A stretch of 55,929 nucleotides of DNA, filler included, from Dugesia japonica (Eukaryota), in NCBI GenBank assembly GCA_001938525.1. It is 4 parts of 4 records of this genome, joined end to end, with 100 filler letters (N's around TTAATTAATTAA, not from the genome) between each part and the next. Parts side by side here need not be neighbours in the genome. Positions count along the whole stretch, not along the records: positions 26,556 to 38,069 come from MQRL01631304.1; positions 38,170 to 55,929 come from MQRL01647200.1; 2 more parts are not named here. One strand, written 5' to 3'. The translations under genes and the position numbers were made by a program. Shown here in pieces: positions 36,367 to 55,929 of the stretch (positions within the stretch are counted from its first letter, which is position 1; every line of letters starts with the position of its first letter). Below the pieces are notes generated by a model. It searched no databases and was not told where the DNA came from. It worked only from the letters and a program-made list of their open reading frames with translations.

Positions 36367-36987
36367 TTATTTAAAATTTTTTTTTTGGTATATGCTCTAT
36401 CAAATCCAGTAATTTCTTTTTTGGATGATATGCGAGTATATTTTTCTACTGAAAGATTATTACGATTTACTCCATCAAGTAAATTATTTAAACGTTTTCC
36501 AGTTAATATTTTTTTCTTATCACCAGAATAATGCACTAAAAATTTATAATCATCAATTTTAATGGTTTTAATTTTTCTTTTAATTTAGATAAAGCTATAT
36601 TATGTTCATCTCTTTCTTTTTGCAAATCTTCTTGTTGTTGTTTAATGATATTTACTTGTGCTTCATCCCTTTCATTAAATAATTCAACTAATAAAGCACG
36701 ACATCACTTTCTACATATTTTGTTACAATAATAGTTATTAGCTTTTTATACAATTTTTTATTTTCTTGTGATGTTTTTAATTCATCCAATTTTTCATATA
36801 TTTCATGAAGATATTTTAAATAACCTTCCGCCGTTTTTCTTGTTAAATCATTTTTTAAATATTCTTTTAATTCATCTATATTCAACTCTTCTGTTTCATC
36901 AAAACTTTCTATAGAATTTATTAATGTAATAAAAGTTAATTCACAACCCTCTTTTTCCTCTGGAACAACTTTTTTCTCTGCACTCAT
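36367..36987 (-). pseudogene. Hypothetical helical/coiled-coil viral ORF-A, interrupted
   Basis: Track ORFs 36688-36987 and 36333-36536 are both homologous to the C-terminal part of 35284-35976 (QKERDEHN, LT.KR, NLS.EK.TRI, EI.G..RAYTK). Confidence 0.6.
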
Positions 36988-37064
36988 TTTCTATAGCACA
37001 AATTTAAGTCTCACGCAATTTTTCATGCAAATCGAATATTTTTAATTTAGGCATTCGATGTTTT

Positions 37065-37200
37065 TCGATGTCGCATTTTCGCGCGACATTTTTCTTGTAA
37101 GATCTTTCGGTGTGACATTTTTCGTGTGACTTTTTTCACTTGACATTTTTTTATGTTGCATTTTTCACTTGATATTTGAAGCTAGGGTACCCCCCTCCGG
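37065..37200. repeat. Subterminal ~14-bp repeats (TGACATTTTTC-like) ending in GGGTACCCCCC
   Basis: Six degenerate units followed by a GC-rich palindromic motif where viral ORFs stop. Confidence 0.6.
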
Positions 37201-38069
37201 TCTAATCGTACATATCACATTACTTATATATTATAAACCCAAGCACTATTAAATATGCAATTACAATAACCAATATAATTTCTGATGTCATAAATATATG
37301 CATTAAAATAAATTTTTAAAATAACATACAATCTTGTGTTATTTAATACGTTTATTGGTGAAACTTAAAAAATAATTCAAACAAAAATTAAAACTTATAT
37401 AAAACAAAAAGAAAGTGAAGTTTTCAAACATTTTCTACACATGTATAAAATCTCACTAGAACAATATCGCAGCTTAATAATCAACTTGTTGTGTACTACT
37501 GGTGAGTCATTTAATTTATGTGCTTTGATAACTTCCGTTGACTATTATTAAAGCTATATATACGTTATAAAATCTTTAATTCGCCTAATTTTGTTTGCAT
37601 TGATAACATTAAATAATTTGTGCGATTTTATCGTTTACAATTTTATAATAGATTTTACAAATTATTTTACATCAAAATATTTTTTCATAAAATCTTTTGA
37701 TGAAAATATAATTTCATCGTTAGTTTTAGATTTTATGAAATTTCTTGATCTTACTATTGTCGAATTTCAGACAGATTCATAAAATTTAATTAAAACGGAG
37801 ATCAGATGACAATATTTCTAAGAAATTCACTAAATTTGATATTTTAATTAAATGCCCATTTAATTTTCATGATATTTACTGTGTAAAATATATTAGAAAA
37901 GTAAATAAAAATAAAATGAAAATCAAGCTAACAAGCTTATTCATTCCTTTTACAGTTTAATCAACTTTTCCAATTCAAGAATCAGTATCATTTCAGAATG
38001 TAGAAGATGATTAATAAAATAAAAATGTACGAACAAAGTTTTAAAATTTATAGTTAATAATCATTATTA

Positions 38070-38169
38070 NNNNNNNNNNNNNNNNNNNNNNNNNNNNNNN
38101 NNNNNNNNNNNNNTTAATTAATTAANNNNNNNNNNNNNNNNNNNNNNNNNNNNNNNNNNNNNNNNNNNN
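38070..38169. other. Artificial 100-nt scaffold spacer with TTAATTAATTAA linker
   Basis: Linker at 38114-38125. Confidence 0.95.
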
Positions 38170-38173
38170 TTAA

Positions 38174-51512
<13,339 letters not shown>

Positions 51513-51659
51513 GTATTTAAAATTATATTTGTGTATTTATGGTTTATTTTTTTATTTATATAGCATAAATAAATTTTTTAATCAATGTCTGAATGGTATT
51601 ATTGGTAAATTGTGAATTTTGAATTTAATATTAACTGCTTTCCAGCTGAACTTCTATCG

Positions 51660-54600
51660 GGTAAAAAGTCTGAACAAAAAGTCCCTAAACAAAAAATCCC
51701 CTGAAAAAATGTCCGAGAGTTGGAAATTTTTAATAATTTTTTGTCAGTTGAAATATTTATTTTTGACTCCTAGAAATTACAATTTAAGATAGGAATGATT
51801 GAAATAGTAATTAAATAAATATATATGTGAAAATGATTGTTTTCTGCGTTAAGTCATTTTACTCATTACACTACTTTCATTTATTGTTTTATATTTACTT
51901 TTTTAAAACAACACTGTTAGATGAGTTTGAAATGCTCGTCGGATAATTAATGTCAAAACTCGTTTCCAAAAAAGATTTATTCATAAAGCAAAACTATATC
52001 CAACACTATTTGTTTATTCAAACAAATTAAAATTCCATGTTTTAATTGGTGATCATTTTCAAATATTAAAATTTTAAACAAAATTTTTACTTTATTAAGC
52101 GATTTTTAGTAAAGCGATTTTTTTCAGTATATCGATTAGTAAACAAAAGAAAATTCATGCAAATTTATGTCTTAGAAGAAATAGGAATATTAATAACAAT
52201 CTCATTTAAAATTAAAAATAAAATACTCATTCGTTATTTAAATNTTCATCCAAAATTTAAATATTTTTAAATAAAAGATTTTAAGAAAAATGATCTCCAA
52301 CCACACAAAATTTTCAACTCGCTTTTCAAAACATACTCACAAACACAACACAGTTGAGCAGGTCCTTGACGATCTCACACTGACCCTGTGGGTGCAGTTC
52401 TTGCCTACAGTATTTTTCGAGACCGGCTTCCTACAAGCTTGATTCTATTAACTCTTATATTTCCTTTTTCCTTCAATGTATTTTTTATCTATCTTTTCAT
52501 ATTCAATAAAGTTCTTTCAGATTCTGTACGAATCTTTAACTGTAGAAAAACCACATTCGTAGAATATTGTGCCAATTTTAGTGCTTTTGAAACCCAATGA
52601 TTGGATAATTGTTGTGTTTTCTGTGAACCAGGATCCTGCGCTATCAACATTGAATGTGTGTGAAATATTGCCATGTTGGCCCAATAACCTTTTCAGTTTT
52701 TATTAGAATTTTGGTGTATTTCACTCTATTTTGATTAGTCAGCTCTCCTAAAACTCAGATGGGCTTATTATGTCAATTAATCAGGGAAGAGTATGACTTT
52801 CATTTACTGATCTTTCTTGACTAGATTGCCATGTAATATATCAAGAATTCTGTCATGACTTTTGATAACCAATTTTATAATTTTATAACTAGTCTCTTTT
52901 TTCTACACAAGCGCTACATTTTTGGTATGCTCTGTGATACTTCATTTTAATTGGGAGATCATTTGTTTTTAGTTTATAAATAAAATACCATTTTCAATGA
53001 TTCGCCGCGTAAAATTTTTTTTTAATTAAAAATGCATAAAAAATGTTAACCGAGATGTTTTCTGCTAGCAATCCTTGACTTTTAAGCTTCGTCCATTTTT
53101 CATAGTAATCAATCTTTAATAGTTTGTTTGGTATGGACACGTTTTGTTTGAATTAGTAATGGACATTTGAAATTCTTTTTGGTATCTAATAGAGGAATTA
53201 AGAAGGTTTTCATTTTCTTAAATTTTAAAGAACAACTTAATGTTGTTTTTTTCTAAGTAGTGAATACTTTTAGCCATATTATACACCAGCTGTCTAATTA
53301 TTTATTTCAAGTGTTGTTTGATACCTCTGTGTTTACCTTCGCTTAGTGAATCTGCTTGTGAGGTTTTCAAGTAGGCGATATAAATCATATAGGTTGTGAT
53401 TTATTTTGTGTTTACTCATGATACGTAGATATTTGTAATCATCCTCATCTAGTTTGATGTTAGTTTTTCTCATTCCAATTCATTTCTGCGGTTTTCATTG
53501 AACTTGCACTTGATTGTCCAATTAGCACGTTTTTTCTGGTTTTACTCTCATGCCAGCTCATTCAATAATTTCTTTTATTCTTGTGACCATTTTTTGAAGT
53601 GTATTTTTATTAGTATTTATTAGTGCCAAGTCATCTACATATGCTAAAGTATTGAATTTTTTGAGGTGTCAATCTTGTTGTTCTCCCACAGCACCGTTTG
53701 ATAGCAAAATTAAACAATAACATTGATAATAATAACATAACTGTTTAAACCTCATAAACCTATGATGAGACCTCAATGAGACCTATCATTTTGCCATCAT
53801 TTGCAATAATCATTAATTTTTTACAATCTGGGTAAAGAGCTTTTATGAGTTAGATATATTTTTTTCTCATTCCATGATGTGCTAGAATTTCAATAGGGGC
53901 GTTACCGAAAGCATCAGCAATGTCTAGAAAGACAATACTGATATTATCCTTTTCTCTTTTATCTCCTTCAATCAGTAAATTCAGTGTCAAATTATGTTCC
54001 GTATATCCTTCAATTCTACTTAAGCTCTTTTTGTTCTTATGGATAATCTTTTCGTATATAAGCCACTCCATTAATTGTTTACATAAACATGCAAAAAGTA
54101 TTTTGTAAGATGTGTTCAATAAGGTAATAAGACGTCGATTTATTACATATTCATTGTCTAATTTTCCTGGTTTGGAATGAGAATAGTGCTATAAATTTCC
54201 CAAAATTTTGGAGTGTGGTTGTTTTTCATTATTACACTATATTACATTATATTAGCATAGAAAATTTCCAGTTTTGCCAATTTTCTTTAGCATATCATAA
54301 TTAATTCTGTCCAGGAGCAGAGTTTAGTTTTGTATGTTTATAACCTTTAAAATTTCTGTATTAGTGGTAGTCGTTAATTCCTCGGCTCATTTGAGGTAAA
54401 TCATTCCAATCCAAATTAATAGAAGGTGAAATAGTTTCTTTTTATTTAAACACATCATTAAACTCCTTTTTCTATATATATATTTAGTGACAATTTGACT
54501 CCATTTTTATTAGCTTAAAAACTTGTTTCTTGTTATTAGCATATAACATATAATCTTTATCTTAGATGAATTCTTTTTCTTTCATAAAGTCTTGTTTTTC

Positions 54601-55409
54601 TATGATCAGGATTGTAATTTTTAGGAATTGGATTTAAAAAATTTCGAATAAAGCGATTATTCCTTATTTTTCTTGACTTTTAAGATATTCAATAAACTTA
54701 TTTGCGTCTTCAGGTTTTTCAATATCAACTCCTGGTCCGAGATCCCTTCATTGTTTATGTCTTGTATTTGAAGTCTCAAGATGTTAGCAACATCTTGTTC
54801 AACCTTTTTTTGGTTCTAGATTTACTATTTTCCTCTTTTGAATACTTACTTTCTATTAGTTACTCTTTCAGGTATAATATTACTCATTGAGTTTGAATAG
54901 ATTGATCATCTATATGTTACAGTATTGAATTTTTTTGAGGTGTCAATCTTGTAGTTCTTCCACAGCACAGGGAGATAGCAAAATTAAACAAAAACATTAA
55001 TAAGGGACATAATTGAGGAACATAATCAGTTAGCCTTTCGAACCTTTTTCTTTTTTAATTCTCAAGTAATTAATGAAGTAATTACCTTTATCTTAAGGAT
55101 TGCTATTTAGTTGTGTTAAATACACAGCTTTAAATTTTCCGGCTCCATTTTGAGCAACTTGAAATTTCATTTCTAATCCATCATTTTAATGAACGTACGG
55201 GTTGTTATGACTTCTAATTTTGCCCGTTTCCAGTTCTCTTTCGAAGAAATTCTTGATGTTTTGTTTGATATTTAATATTGTTTTCTTGCAATTTTCGAAT
55301 CTTCTTTGCTGATTACAGTAATTTTTTCTACCAAGTTGTTTAGCCATACATATTCAAGAAAATATTCAACTCTGAGGACTTTCGGTTGGGGACTTTTTGT
55401 TCGGTTACC
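51660..55409. mobile_element. MULE-like DNA transposon shell hosting nested insertions
   Basis: Inverted ends GGTAA..GAACAAAAAGTCCC / GGGACTTTTTGTTCGGTTACC; 9-bp imperfect TSD CTTCTATCG (51651-59) vs CTTTTATCA (55410-18). Confidence 0.6.
52350..55010 (-). mobile_element. Decayed R2/NeSL-like non-LTR retrotransposon
   Basis: SAPG, RLITLLNTSYKIL, EGYTEHNLTL, IVFLDIADAFG and LAYVDDLAL RT motifs. Confidence 0.85.
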
Positions 55410-55759
55410 CTTTTATCATCATTTCAATTGTAACTGCTATTCAAAATATTAATCTTAATAAAGTCAAATTTAAATATTTGAATATTATTTATCTTATAGT
55501 GAACATAACAAAATCAATTTCATTTTATTAATATTAATTTTAAATTAAAATTAAAATAAATGTAACATATGCAAATTTTTCGCGCAATGATAATTTCGGT
55601 ATTTTAATTATTATATATTTTTTAATTGGATATTAAATTAGATTGGATTCAAAGTTCTCACATAACTCTTATTAATAATAATATAAAACTAAATAATGCA
55701 GCAAAAGTAACTTCCCAATTATAATTGATTAATAATTATTAATTTAATCGTTTTTTTTT

Positions 55760-55929
55760 GAACATCTGCTTTAAACGAAGAGTTGTCGTACCAATTACCT
55801 TTTTGTTGTAAATTCAACTGATTTCCTTTAGAAGAAATCTCGTATTGCATTTTTAAATTCATCATCAGTTGAGAACGTTTTTGTCATTCAAGAAATTCTT
55901 TTGTGCCCGTTAGAAGTTTCCATGCCGAG
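55760..55929 (-). mobile_element. mariner C-terminal fragment
   Basis: FSTDDEFKNAIRDFF*RKSVEF on the minus strand. Confidence 0.55.

Larger units (their letters stand above)
31680..37200. mobile_element. Polinton-like/adintovirus endogenous element 2, internally deleted; boundaries approximate
   Basis: pPolB C-terminus and a pX-like ORF converge on a DJR capsid gene; minisatellite-rich flanks. Confidence 0.85.

Overview
This is very AT-rich eukaryotic (invertebrate-like) DNA with 41-55 nt introns. It consists of four pieces joined by 100-nt N-spacers carrying the all-frame-stop linker TTAATTAATTAA, so adjacency across those spacers is not guaranteed. Host genes: (1) a spliced 197-aa membrane protein with a p75NTR-type transmembrane segment and a death-domain-like tail but no cysteine-rich ectodomain (11154-11905, -); (2) the 3' part of a MAP4K4/TNIK/MINK/misshapen kinase with a CNH domain (38235 to at least 51512, +), whose introns are packed with transposons. 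There are two endogenous Polinton/Maverick (adintovirus-like) remnants with unrelated-looking major capsid proteins. The first (~1978-8524) is decayed and carries integrase, penton, MCP, a pX-like ORF and, at its edge, a TBP-like fragment. The second (~31680-37200) is better preserved and carries the pPolB C-terminus, a pX-like ORF, a double-jelly-roll MCP and a 1.1-kb tandem duplication that creates an in-frame capsid::ORF-A chimera. About ten minimal type I hammerhead-ribozyme motifs occur in two Penelope-type repeat families. The rest is mariner/Tc1, hAT, pogo, MULE-like, Ty3/Gypsy and R2/NeSL-like remnants plus (TAA)n microsatellites. All assignments are from by-eye motif recognition, not database searches.
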